Assembly: GCA_040876835.1 (NCBI GenBank)
Contig: JBBDOX010000010.1
Coordinates: 8,230-72,229 of the forward strand
Length of the DNA stretch: 64,000 nucleotides
Origin: Candidatus Anderseniibacteriota bacterium
GTDB lineage: Bacteria > Patescibacteriota > Andersenbacteria > UBA10190
Direction: 5' to 3'
The position numbers and the translations under genes were made by a program. The notes below the pieces were generated by a model. It was not told the DNA's origin. It saw only the letters and a list, made by a program, of their open reading frames with translations, and ran no database searches. Positions 19,986 to 29,274 of this stretch are shown here, piece after piece. The stretch's first letter is position 1. Every line of letters starts with the position of its first letter.

Positions 19986-20924
19986 ATGAGTAACGTTCGG
20001 TACGGATTGATCCTGCTGTTCGCAGCAGGTTGCACGGTTGACCTTAGCGATGAGACCATCGACAAGATCAACCAGCCCGGAAAGGACCACGCCGCCCTTG
20101 AGGTGACGGTGTGGGAAAAAGAGTACGCAGAGCGCCAGAAGAACAAGGAGTTTCGCGAGCAGACGGTGCAGAGTTTGAACGCTCTGCCTACCATCATGGG
20201 ACAGCAGCAGGAGAAGTTCCTCAGGGAGTTTGGTGGGGGCTCTGCCCCTGCCGCTCCCGCTGAGAACCCCGCCCCCGCCGCCCTCGTGGCTCCTGTGCTG
20301 CCAACCCAGGAGGCTGCTTACAGGCAACAGGAGAAAGAGAACGAGGCCAAGGCCGCCGCCCTGAAAGCGTTGGCCATGGTCAACAAGGCGGAAACGGAAG
20401 TTCTCCGAGCCGAAAAGGAGCGCGACGATGCGCACCGGGATAAGCTCGGTTTCGGGGAGGCGATGAGGAGGGTCGACCAGCTCCAACGCGACCAGGAGGA
20501 GTTGCGAAGGGAGCAAAGCCGACTCAAGGAGCACGTCCAGCAGACGTCGCTCGTAAACGCAAAATTCCGGCACCAGTTCCGCCAGCAAAATGCGGAGCTG
20601 CTTGAAGTCGGCCGGACGACAAACCGGGAATTGCAAGGACTGCAGTCCTCGGTGACTGGATCCTTCCGGGATCTGAGTCAGTCGGTTGATCGGCTGCCTG
20701 TTCGCATTGGCGAACAGCTCTCGGTTAGGATGACCGAATGGGCCGCCGCGATCGAGCGGGAGTACAACGTCACGGTCATCGTGGACGTTCCCCCAGCAGA
20801 GATCGTCAACAAAGTTGAGGTGCGACAGGAGTTCGTCCCGCACCTCAACTGCCCCGTGAGGGTGTGGGGACCTTGTCCCACGCCTTCGGGACCTCCGGTT
20901 CTGTACGCGCAGCCGTGTCCCTAG
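19986..20924 (+). CDS. Hypothetical coiled-coil lipoprotein, GC-rich islet B
   Basis: Lipobox LFAAGC, SD GAGGAG, long Q/E/R heptad region, Cys/Pro-rich C-terminus. Confidence 0.72.
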   Translation: MSNVRYGLILLFAAGCTVDLSDETIDKINQPGKDHAALEVTVWEKEYAERQKNKEFREQTVQSLNALPTIMGQQQEKFLREFGGGSAPAAPAENPAPAALVAPVLPTQEAAYRQQEKENEAKAAALKALAMVNKAETEVLRAEKERDDAHRDKLGFGEAMRRVDQLQRDQEELRREQSRLKEHVQQTSLVNAKFRHQFRQQNAELLEVGRTTNRELQGLQSSVTGSFRDLSQSVDRLPVRIGEQLSVRMTEWAAAIEREYNVTVIVDVPPAEIVNKVEVRQEFVPHLNCPVRVWGPCPTPSGPPVLYAQPCP

Positions 20925-20960
20925 ATACGGCTAAACAACGAAACGGAGGAAGTTCATTCA

Positions 20961-21004
20961 CGCCCCGGGGTATCGCAAGATACTCTCGGGGCGCTTTTTT
21001 ATTT
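20961..21004 (+). terminator. Intrinsic terminator of islet B
   Basis: cgccccggggtatc-gcaa-gatactctcggggcg followed by c-tttttt. Confidence 0.88.
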
Positions 21005-21106
21005 CAGCGCCGTATTGACACGACCGTACGATCTCGGAATAGTATCGATTATACCAATGCTCTTTTGGTATACTTTTAATATAAGACCCCTAAGATACCT
21101 GTCAGT

Positions 21107-23830
21107 ATGCAATGTGAACGATGCAAAAGTCGGCCAGCAGCTATTCAGGTCAGACGCACAATAAACGGGCAACAACAGCAGACTAGCCTGTGTCACGCCT
21201 GCGCAGAGGAAGTTGGCATTACGGCATCAGCTAACTCTCGCAGTCCTTTTGCTGGCTTTCCCGGCTTTAGCAGCTTTTTTGATGATCCATTCTTCGGGGC
21301 AGGCCAGCATGAGCATGCCGGATTTTCCGCGGGAGCTCCGCTCCAGCCGCAAACCGAGGCTGTAAACATTCTTGATGCCTTTTCAGATAGAGCGAAGGGC
21401 GTTATTCAAAAAGCAGCCGAGACTGCTCAAGTGTCTGGTTCCCCGGCGTTAGACACTGAGCATCTCCTCATTGGGGTAGCCCAAGAAACTGAAGTAGGTC
21501 GGAAAATTCTTGAAAATCTCGACATTGATGCAGAAGAGTTAGTCGGATACCTCAACGAGAATATGCAAAGAGAAGTTAAAAAGTACGAAGACGGGGTAAT
21601 GCCGGAGCTGTCTCCGCGCGCTAAGCAGGCCTTAGAGTTATCCTGGCACGCTGCGCGTAATCTCGAACACGATTATGTGGGCAGCGAGCATGTCTTGTTA
21701 GGGCTATTGGCTGAAGGAGACGGGTTAGCAGCGCAGACGCTCAAGAAGTACGGCATAACTGAAACTAAACTTCGACAGGCAGTCCTGTCTGCCGTGGGTG
21801 AGAAAGGGAAGAAAACAGGTAGAGCAAAAACGAAGAGCAAAACACCTACACTTGATGAATACAGTCGAGATTTAAGTGCTCTCGCAAGTGAAGGAAAACT
21901 TGATCCTGTAATCGGCCGCAGTGCCGAGGTCCAGAGAGTTGTTCAGATATTGTCGCGTCGCACTAAGAATAATCCGGTGCTCATTGGTGAGCCAGGTACT
22001 GGCAAAACAGCAATTGTTGAAGGGTTAGCAACCCGTATCGTAAACGGCAATGTACCCGATACGCTCAAAGGAAAGCGAGTATTGTCCCTGGATTTGCCCG
22101 CTATGGTTGCCGGTACGAAGTATCGGGGAGAATTTGAGGAGCGGATTAAGAAAGTGGTAGACGAAGTTCAGCAAGCAGGTCGTTCAGTAATTGTGTTCAT
22201 AGATGAGCTACACACGGTAATGGGTGCCGGCGCCAGCGGAGAGGGCGGGACGATGGATGCTGCTAATATTTTGAAGCCGGCCCTGGCGCGAGGTGAGCTG
22301 CAAATGATTGGGGCGACCACCTTGAACGAATATAAAAAACACATTGAAAAAGATGGTGCCCTGGAGCGTCGTTTCCAGCCAGTTCTTGTTGAAGAGCCAT
22401 CCCCTGAGGATGCCATTGAGATTTTACGAGGCTTAAAGGATCGATATGAAGCTCACCACAAAGTTACCATTACCGATGAAGCTATTGTGGCAGCAGTAAC
22501 CCTGTCGGATAAGTATCTGCGGGATCGATTTTTACCTGATAAGGCGATCGATTTAATGGATGAAGCTGCCGCCAAGGTCCGATTGCGTATGATGGAGGAG
22601 CCAGAAGACCTTTCTGCAAAAAAGCAGGAACTCAAAACAGCCAAACGGGAGTTGGCCTCAGCTCAGCGAGCTAAAAGCAAAAGCATAAAGAATCTGAAAG
22701 AAAAGATAGAATCACTTGAAAAGGAAATCCTCGCACTCGAAGAAAAATGGAAGAAAAAAGCCGGTACCACCCAGACAGAGGTGTGCGCAGCTGATGTTGA
22801 GTCTATCATTTCGTCCTGGACGGGCATTCCTGTAGAAAAGCTGACTCAGACTGAAAAGGAGAAACTTTTATCGCTGGAAGATGAGCTTCATAAGCGCGTC
22901 ATTGCCCAGGAGGAGGCTATAAAGGTCGTCAGCGAGGCTATCCGGCGTAATCGGGCAGGGCTTAAAGATCCTGACCGACCACAAGGGTCATTCCTGTTTT
23001 TAGGGCCCACTGGGGTTGGCAAAACCGAGCTAACGAAGGCTTTAGCAGAAGTACTATTTGGCAGTGACGACAGCATGATTCGCCTCGATATGTCAGAGTA
23101 TATGGAAAAGCATGCCATTGCTCGCATGATTGGGTCTCCTCCGGGTTATGTAGGTCATGAAGAAGGGGGACAGCTGACCGAGCGGGTGCGTCGTAAGCCA
23201 TATTCAGTTATTCTCTTAGATGAAATAGAGAAAGCTCACCCAGACGTATTTAATATCATGCTACAGGTACTGGAAGATGGACGCCTGACGGACGGAAAGG
23301 GGCGTACAGTCGATTTCCGCAATACGTTAATTATTATGACGAGTAATGTTGGCAGCAGTATGATTCAGTCTGCCGCAGGTAAGATTCAACTAGATCCGAA
23401 GGCCTGGGAGGACTTGAAATCACTGCTCATGGATAAGTTAAAAGAAACATTCCGTCCAGAATTTCTGAATCGCATTGATGATATTATTCTCTTCCATCCT
23501 CTGGAAAAGGCGCATGTACAACGGATTGCCGACTACATGCTCGAAGACGTAAAGCGTTTGGTGCGAGCTCAGGGCCTTGATTTGGAAATTACCGAAGAGG
23601 TACGCAACCGTTTAGCCCAGGAAGGATTCGACCCTCAGCTAGGAGCAAGACCCCTACGTCGGGAGATCCAGCGGCGTCTGGAGAACAAGCTGGCTACCGC
23701 ACTACTAAGCGGAGAATTTTCTTCCGGCTCACTCATTCGAGCCGTTCTGAAGGGAGACGACATTGCCTTTGAGCTTCTTTCTGTCCCAGGAACATCAAAC
23801 AAAGGTGCAAAAAGGACCGTGACGGCCTAA
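21107..23830 (+). CDS. Hsp100/Clp AAA+ ATPase with N-terminal Zn-finger plus Clp-N domains (ClpG/ClpK-like architecture)
   Basis: CERC...CHAC N-terminus, two Clp-N repeats ([16 protein letters not shown]), Walker A GEPGTGKT and GPTGVGKT, short middle coil. Confidence 0.93.
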   Translation: MQCERCKSRPAAIQVRRTINGQQQQTSLCHACAEEVGITASANSRSPFAGFPGFSSFFDDPFFGAGQHEHAGFSAGAPLQPQTEAVNILDAFSDRAKGVIQKAAETAQVSGSPALDTEHLLIGVAQETEVGRKILENLDIDAEELVGYLNENMQREVKKYEDGVMPELSPRAKQALELSWHAARNLEHDYVGSEHVLLGLLAEGDGLAAQTLKKYGITETKLRQAVLSAVGEKGKKTGRAKTKSKTPTLDEYSRDLSALASEGKLDPVIGRSAEVQRVVQILSRRTKNNPVLIGEPGTGKTAIVEGLATRIVNGNVPDTLKGKRVLSLDLPAMVAGTKYRGEFEERIKKVVDEVQQAGRSVIVFIDELHTVMGAGASGEGGTMDAANILKPALARGELQMIGATTLNEYKKHIEKDGALERRFQPVLVEEPSPEDAIEILRGLKDRYEAHHKVTITDEAIVAAVTLSDKYLRDRFLPDKAIDLMDEAAAKVRLRMMEEPEDLSAKKQELKTAKRELASAQRAKSKSIKNLKEKIESLEKEILALEEKWKKKAGTTQTEVCAADVESIISSWTGIPVEKLTQTEKEKLLSLEDELHKRVIAQEEAIKVVSEAIRRNRAGLKDPDRPQGSFLFLGPTGVGKTELTKALAEVLFGSDDSMIRLDMSEYMEKHAIARMIGSPPGYVGHEEGGQLTERVRRKPYSVILLDEIEKAHPDVFNIMLQVLEDGRLTDGKGRTVDFRNTLIIMTSNVGSSMIQSAAGKIQLDPKAWEDLKSLLMDKLKETFRPEFLNRIDDIILFHPLEKAHVQRIADYMLEDVKRLVRAQGLDLEITEEVRNRLAQEGFDPQLGARPLRREIQRRLENKLATALLSGEFSSGSLIRAVLKGDDIAFELLSVPGTSNKGAKRTVTA

Positions 23831-23845
23831 GGGCTTTTAGGTAGG

Positions 23846-24937
23846 ATGAATCTTAGTATGTCAGTATTCCACTCCGGACAGACAACTTCAGCAAAGGGCA
23901 CTCACCCTGCTCAAGTCCAGCACGAAAATTTAAAAGCTCTATGGCTCTTAAGCGGTTTCGCTGAAGACGTTGATCCGACAGAGCTATCTACAATTATTTC
24001 TGAAGCTCCTGATCCTGAAACTGCGTGTCGGGTGATCACAAAGCATGTTTCTGTTAGCTCTTCCGCACTGCGGGACAAATGGCGCAAGGTCATCAGTCAG
24101 ACCTGGCTGGAATATCACAAACACGCTTCTGCAGCACTAACAATTCCTTTGAGCAGCCTTGATGTGGCTGGAATCACAATTCTGGAAGACGTACGAGGAA
24201 TGATGAATGAGCTGCGAAAGCAGCCAGCAAAAGTCACATACGATCAAAACGAATGGGCAATCGACCCCAGCGAACTGGCACGCTTAATCGCGGCTGTGCC
24301 TTCACTGAAAGACCGAGACGTGGCCAGCGTAGAACACGAATGGAACTATATTCCATTACGTCGTATGCGAGCCTTGCTTCAGGCTAGTCGCCTGGTAAGG
24401 GTCTTTAAAGGGCGTGTATGCGTGGTGGAATCCCGTTATGAGCAGTTTCTGTCACTGCCTCTTCCCCAGCAGTATTACGTATTGTGGCACACGGATGTCT
24501 ACCACGTTGACTGGGAGGCCTTTGCGGGACAATGGCGCTCCTATGTACGGGTTATGCAGAACTACCTTCCACTGGTATGGGAGATGACCGAAGACTTAGA
24601 GAGTGGAGAAGAGTGTAACGCGGAAAACATCGTTCAGGCGTGTGTGGAAGCCTTTAACCCGTTGTGGGAACAGGAAGTGGAAACAGGCGAAACATCGCTG
24701 CGGCAGCTGTATCAAAGATGCGGACTGCCGATTGTAATTGAACGATTATTAGTACGTGATGTCCTAGAACGGTACGGTATTCTGAAATCTGAACAGTCTC
24801 TAGACCTCATGTTTACTCGTTTGCTGCAGCCGCATGCCCAGGGAGAGGAAACGCTTCGGGTAACACAAGTCGGCGAAACCATTATGACTGCTGAACGCGA
24901 GCAGGATCTGCCCTGCGCAATGGATATTCTGGGGTAA
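23846..24937 (+). CDS. Hypothetical protein, co-transcribed with Clp gene
   Basis: 363-aa ORF 15 nt downstream of clp; no recognised motif. Confidence 0.7.
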   Translation: MNLSMSVFHSGQTTSAKGTHPAQVQHENLKALWLLSGFAEDVDPTELSTIISEAPDPETACRVITKHVSVSSSALRDKWRKVISQTWLEYHKHASAALTIPLSSLDVAGITILEDVRGMMNELRKQPAKVTYDQNEWAIDPSELARLIAAVPSLKDRDVASVEHEWNYIPLRRMRALLQASRLVRVFKGRVCVVESRYEQFLSLPLPQQYYVLWHTDVYHVDWEAFAGQWRSYVRVMQNYLPLVWEMTEDLESGEECNAENIVQACVEAFNPLWEQEVETGETSLRQLYQRCGLPIVIERLLVRDVLERYGILKSEQSLDLMFTRLLQPHAQGEETLRVTQVGETIMTAEREQDLPCAMDILG

Positions 24938-24940
24938 GGC

Positions 24941-25870
24941 CTAATCTTGCTGCTTGTTTTCTCCACGAGTGCCGTGGTGAAATTTTTTATGAACATCGCG
25001 TAGATGTGTATCAGTTAAGTGCGTATATACCTGAGTGGTTGTAATAGAAGCGTGTCCAAGCAACTCCTGCACCTGCCGCACGTCTGCTCCATTGCTTAAA
25101 AGGTCAGTAGCAAAAGAGTGACGGAGGGTGTGGGGAGTAATATTTTTCGTAATCCCTGCTTTAGCGGCATATTTTTTGATCAAACGCTGAGCCGTTCGAG
25201 TAGTGAGGCGTAAGTCGCTTTGATCTCCCACTCCCTTTTTGTGACGAATAAAGAGGGCGGGGTCGGTGTCTCCTCGTTTACTTATATAATCAGACAGGGC
25301 CTGCTTAGCCTGATCTGAAAGAAAAACTACCCGTATTTTGTTGCCCTTTCCACGAACAGGGATCTCGTTGCTACTTTCTCTAAGGTCGTCTCGATCAAGC
25401 TGGATTGCCTCTGAGATGCGCAATCCCGTAGAAAAAAGCGTATGTAACAAGGCTCGATCACGTAGCTGCTCTGGGGAAGTTCCTTCGGCTGATGCTAGGA
25501 GCCCATCAACTTCTTCAGGATACAACACGTCAATATCTCGTTCGGGGAGCTTGGCGAGCTCTACGCGCTCTGGTGCCAGAGAGGGGATATCACGCTTGGC
25601 AAGATATTTAAGAAACTGTCTCAGGGCAATCAGGTAGTAATTCTGGGTTGCCATTGATAATCCGTCTCCTGTAGCGCCACTCTGGTTAAGCCAGCGGCGA
25701 AAAGCTCTAACAGTATCGGGAGTTATATCTGCTACAGAAGCTATGTTTTGCCGGGAATAGAAGGCCTGAAGGTAGTGGTCGTAGTTTTCGACAGTCTTAG
25801 AAGACCGGCCTCGACCAATCTCAAGGTCTTCCAGCCAATCTGCGTGCAGTGTCTTAAGATTTCGCGACAT
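24941..25870 (-). CDS. xerC: XerC/XerD-family tyrosine recombinase
   Basis: RDRA...LFSTGLRISE, GKGNK.R, TPHTLRHSFATDLL, LLGHASITTTQVY. Confidence 0.92.
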   Translation of the reverse strand: MSRNLKTLHADWLEDLEIGRGRSSKTVENYDHYLQAFYSRQNIASVADITPDTVRAFRRWLNQSGATGDGLSMATQNYYLIALRQFLKYLAKRDIPSLAPERVELAKLPERDIDVLYPEEVDGLLASAEGTSPEQLRDRALLHTLFSTGLRISEAIQLDRDDLRESSNEIPVRGKGNKIRVVFLSDQAKQALSDYISKRGDTDPALFIRHKKGVGDQSDLRLTTRTAQRLIKKYAAKAGITKNITPHTLRHSFATDLLSNGADVRQVQELLGHASITTTQVYTHLTDTHLRDVHKKFHHGTRGENKQQD

Positions 25871-25949
25871 ATGGGTATAGTATACAAGCTCCTTGCCAAT
25901 ATGATACAATCATGCTAGTTTCTTATATCACCTTTGAATTTAATTACGT

Positions 25950-26222
25950 ATGAGTAAAGTTGAAGAGCGAAAACAAGCTATTATCAAGAAGTACAAGACG
26001 CACACCGATGATACGGGTTCTCCCGAGATTCAGGTGGCAATTTTTACTGAAAAAATCGAAGAGTTAGCTAAGCACCTGAAGCGCAACAAAAAAGACCACC
26101 ACAGCCGTCGTGGATTGCTGGGAATGGTCAGCAAGCGAAAACGCCTGCTTACCTACTTGAAGCGCCAGGACGAAGGACGCTACAAGAAGATAACTAAGAA
26201 GCTTGGATTAAAACAGCAGTAA
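25950..26222 (+). CDS. rpsO: 30S ribosomal protein S15
   Basis: [35 protein letters not shown]. Confidence 0.98.
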   Translation: MSKVEERKQAIIKKYKTHTDDTGSPEIQVAIFTEKIEELAKHLKRNKKDHHSRRGLLGMVSKRKRLLTYLKRQDEGRYKKITKKLGLKQQ

Positions 26223-26767
26223 TGAGTATTCCTGGACAATTCCCCCAGCAACGCGTGGGGGTATTTGTTGACATACAGAACATGTATTATTCTGGCCGCG
26301 CTATTCATGCTAGCAAGGTAAACTTCAAAAAGATCCTAGAGCATGCTGTTTCTGGTCGACAGCTCGTACGAGCAATAGCCTATGGCATTACGACAGAGGA
26401 AGCTCACGAGGAAGATTTTCACACGGCTTTAGGTGATCAGGGATTCGAGGTTAAAACAAAACCTTTGCAATCGTTTATCGGAGGCCAGAAAAAGGGGGAC
26501 TGGGATGTGGGAATTGCAACTGATATTCTCCGCTTGGAGCCCAAAGTTGATGTTGCAGTATTGATCAGTGGTGATGGAGATTTTGTGCCAATCGTGGAAT
26601 TTGCGAAAGAAAAAGGGCTACGGATGGAAGTTATGAGCTTTCGTGAAAGTACCTCTAAAGCCCTTGTAGAATCTGCGGATAGCTATGTGGACCTTTCAGC
26701 GAACCCCAAAGAGTTCCTGATTCCTGCAAGCCGAGGCCGACGCAGGGTTGCAAAAATCATTGCTTAA
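26222..26767 (+). CDS. NYN (LabA/DUF88) PIN-fold domain protein
   Basis: VFVDIQNMYY, KGDWDVGIA.D, SGDGDF. Confidence 0.9.
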   Translation: MSIPGQFPQQRVGVFVDIQNMYYSGRAIHASKVNFKKILEHAVSGRQLVRAIAYGITTEEAHEEDFHTALGDQGFEVKTKPLQSFIGGQKKGDWDVGIATDILRLEPKVDVAVLISGDGDFVPIVEFAKEKGLRMEVMSFRESTSKALVESADSYVDLSANPKEFLIPASRGRRRVAKIIA

Positions 26768-26859
26768 CATGTAAGGTGGGCATGTGACGTGGTCTTCTGA
26801 CGACCTCACCTGCGCACGTTTATATTTAAATAGAAAGATTCCTACCCCGAAGTCCTTAT

Positions 26860-26928
26860 AGGTGGTTGTTGTCTTTAGATATGTGGAAAGAGAAAATCGT
26901 CTTTCTAAATACCTGAAGACATCCATCT
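26860..26928 (+). promoter_or_regulatory. Long stem-loop in pnp 5' leader
   Basis: gtctttagatatgtggaaaga (26871-26891) pairs with tctttctaaatacctgaagac (26900-26920), extended by aggtgg/ccatct. Confidence 0.6.
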
Positions 26929-26950
26929 GCGACGAGAGGTCGGAAAATAT

Positions 26951-29155
26951 ATGGAGATTCAACAACATGTAGCGTCTGGGCGCGTGGGCGGCCAGGAGTT
27001 AAAAATTTCTACTGGTGAGCTGGCTAAGCAAGCGGGTGGATCAGTATTGGTACAGTTTGGAGAAACTGTTGTTCTAGGAACGGCCACAATGGGCCGACCT
27101 CTCTACCCAGATGGCAACTTCTTGCCTCTTTTGGTGGAGTATGAAGAGAAATTCTATGCTGCCGGCAAGATTAAGGGCAGCCGGTTTATTAAGCGTGAAG
27201 GACGACCAACTGACGACGCTATTCTAACTGCTCGCCTTATCGATCGATCGATTCGACCTTTGTTCCCCAAGGGGATGATTAACGATGTGCAGGTAGTGCT
27301 TACAGTTCTGTCATACGATGGCGAAAATGATGCAGATGTAGCAGCTATGATTGCCGCCTGTGCGGCGCTAACTATCTCGGATGTGCCCTGGGCAGGACCC
27401 TTGGCCGCAACTCGCGTAGGTCGCGTAGATGGCCGATTTGTCATCAACCCAACCGTTGAAGAGCGAGAAGTAAGTGATTTAGATCTGCTGCTGGCCGGAA
27501 ACGGAAGTGATGTGGCTATGATCGAGTGTGGAGCTAAAGAGGTTGTTGAAGAGGAGATGCTGAATGCTATCGAAGAAGGGCAAAAGGCAATTGGGGTTAT
27601 TGTAGGACTGATACAGGAACTTCATTCGAAAGTCGGCAAAAGCAAAAGAGACCCTATATTGATGGAAAAACATGAAGAAAAAACTACTAGAGTGCAGGAG
27701 CTGGCTCGTGAAGTATTGGCTGTAAAGCTCGATGAAGCAAAGACAAAAGAGGAGATTGGGCAGGCTGAACGTACCGCTGCAGAGCACGTAGTAACTCAGC
27801 TAACGGAAGAAGAAAAAGAGGAATTCTCTGAATCCCTGATTCGAACAGCTATTCATGAACTGCACGGCAGTATTGCTCGTGATCGAACCATAAAGGAGGG
27901 CGTGCGCACCGATGGACGTGGCTTAGAAGAAGTTCGCTCCCTTTATATTCGAACAGGAATCCTTCCCCGTACGCATGGTTCCGGTCTTTTTCAGCGTGGG
28001 GATACCCAGATCTTAACAACTCTTACACTGGGAGGCCCAGGAGACATGCAGATTATTGATTCGATGGAAATGGAAGGAAAGAAGCGCTATATCCATTATT
28101 ACAATTTCCCAGCCTTCTCTGTTGGAGAAACGAAGCCTAATCGTGGTCCAGGACGACGCGAAATTGGGCATGGAGCTTTAGCGGAGCGAGCGTTAGTTCC
28201 CGTGCTACCTGATAAAGAAGAGTGGCCATATACTATGCTGCTTGTATCCGAAGTACTCGAAAGCCACGGTTCCTCTTCAATGGGATCTATTTGTGGATCT
28301 TCATTAGCTTTAATGGATGGTGGTGTGCCAATTAAAAAGGCAGTTGCTGGAGTAGCGATGGGTCTCATGACTGATGGCAAAGGTAATCATCGGATCCTGA
28401 CAGATATTGCTGGCATGGAAGACGAAAAGGGAGATATGGATTTCAAAATAGCGGGTACAAAAGATGGAATTACGGCGCTGCAGATGGACATTAAAGTCAG
28501 TGGCTTGACCCGTGAAATTCTTGGAGAAGCCTTGGCTCAAGCGAAACGTGGTCGCCTGCATATTATGGAGGCTATGAATCAAGTGCTTGATGCTCCTCGA
28601 CCGGACCTGTCGCCATATGCCCCTCGCATTCATACGATGCGTATCCCCGTGGAAAAGATCGGTGACCTTATTGGTCCGCGCGGTAAACATATTAACGAAA
28701 TTATTGAGGAGACAGGTGTAGAAATTGATATTGAAGACGATGGGCTCGTATCTATCACTACAAACGATCCTCAAGCGCTTCAAAAGGCAATTGATTGGGT
28801 AAAAAATTTGACCCGGGAAATTAAGGCCGGAGAACGTTTTGAAGGTAAGGTAACTCGCATCATGGACTTCGGAGCTTTTGTGGAGATTGTGCCGAATGTA
28901 GAGGGCTTGGTTCATATCTCACAATTTCGTGAGGAGCATGTCCGTGATATTCATGATGTAGCTAAAGTGGGGGATATCATTCCGGTGATAGTTGTTGAAA
29001 TCGATGCTATGGGTCGAATTAACTTATCCCACAAGGCTGCGTTGCCCGGTGGTAATAGTTCAGCCAGTAGCCCTCAGCGTCCCAATCATCCTCCAGCAGG
29101 TGGCCCACACAAGAAGTCGGGATCCTTCCATGGCCCCCAGCCTCCTAGACGGTAA
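26951..29155 (+). CDS. pnp: Polyribonucleotide nucleotidyltransferase
   Basis: FIKREGRP, RLIDRSIRPLF, RTHGSGLFQRG, RREIGHGALAERA, DMDFKIAG, KH and S1 domains. Confidence 0.98.
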   Translation: MEIQQHVASGRVGGQELKISTGELAKQAGGSVLVQFGETVVLGTATMGRPLYPDGNFLPLLVEYEEKFYAAGKIKGSRFIKREGRPTDDAILTARLIDRSIRPLFPKGMINDVQVVLTVLSYDGENDADVAAMIAACAALTISDVPWAGPLAATRVGRVDGRFVINPTVEEREVSDLDLLLAGNGSDVAMIECGAKEVVEEEMLNAIEEGQKAIGVIVGLIQELHSKVGKSKRDPILMEKHEEKTTRVQELAREVLAVKLDEAKTKEEIGQAERTAAEHVVTQLTEEEKEEFSESLIRTAIHELHGSIARDRTIKEGVRTDGRGLEEVRSLYIRTGILPRTHGSGLFQRGDTQILTTLTLGGPGDMQIIDSMEMEGKKRYIHYYNFPAFSVGETKPNRGPGRREIGHGALAERALVPVLPDKEEWPYTMLLVSEVLESHGSSSMGSICGSSLALMDGGVPIKKAVAGVAMGLMTDGKGNHRILTDIAGMEDEKGDMDFKIAGTKDGITALQMDIKVSGLTREILGEALAQAKRGRLHIMEAMNQVLDAPRPDLSPYAPRIHTMRIPVEKIGDLIGPRGKHINEIIEETGVEIDIEDDGLVSITTNDPQALQKAIDWVKNLTREIKAGERFEGKVTRIMDFGAFVEIVPNVEGLVHISQFREEHVRDIHDVAKVGDIIPVIVVEIDAMGRINLSHKAALPGGNSSASSPQRPNHPPAGGPHKKSGSFHGPQPPRR

Positions 29156-29170
29156 CCGAATGTCAAACTT

Positions 29171-29207
29171 AAAACGACCTCTCTAAAAAAAGAGGTCGTT
29201 TGCTTTT
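29171..29207 (+). terminator. Intrinsic terminator after pnp
   Basis: aaacgacctct...agaggtcgttt hairpin. Confidence 0.8.
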
Positions 29208-29274
29208 ACTACTCAGAGAAAGCGTTGTTTGGTATGATAAAAGGAAATTATTCCTTCGCATGTAACAATAAGGT

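Noticed and set aside
16512-20843. Long antisense ORFs (16512-17615 +, 19066-19965 -, 19956-20843 -)
   Set aside because: They shadow GC-rich genes whose codon bias removes antisense stops; promoter, SD and terminator signals all favour the opposite strand
24941-25870. Tyrosine recombinase as a prophage or island integrase
   Set aside because: Xer-like size and motifs, housekeeping neighbours (rpsO), no att repeats or phage genes
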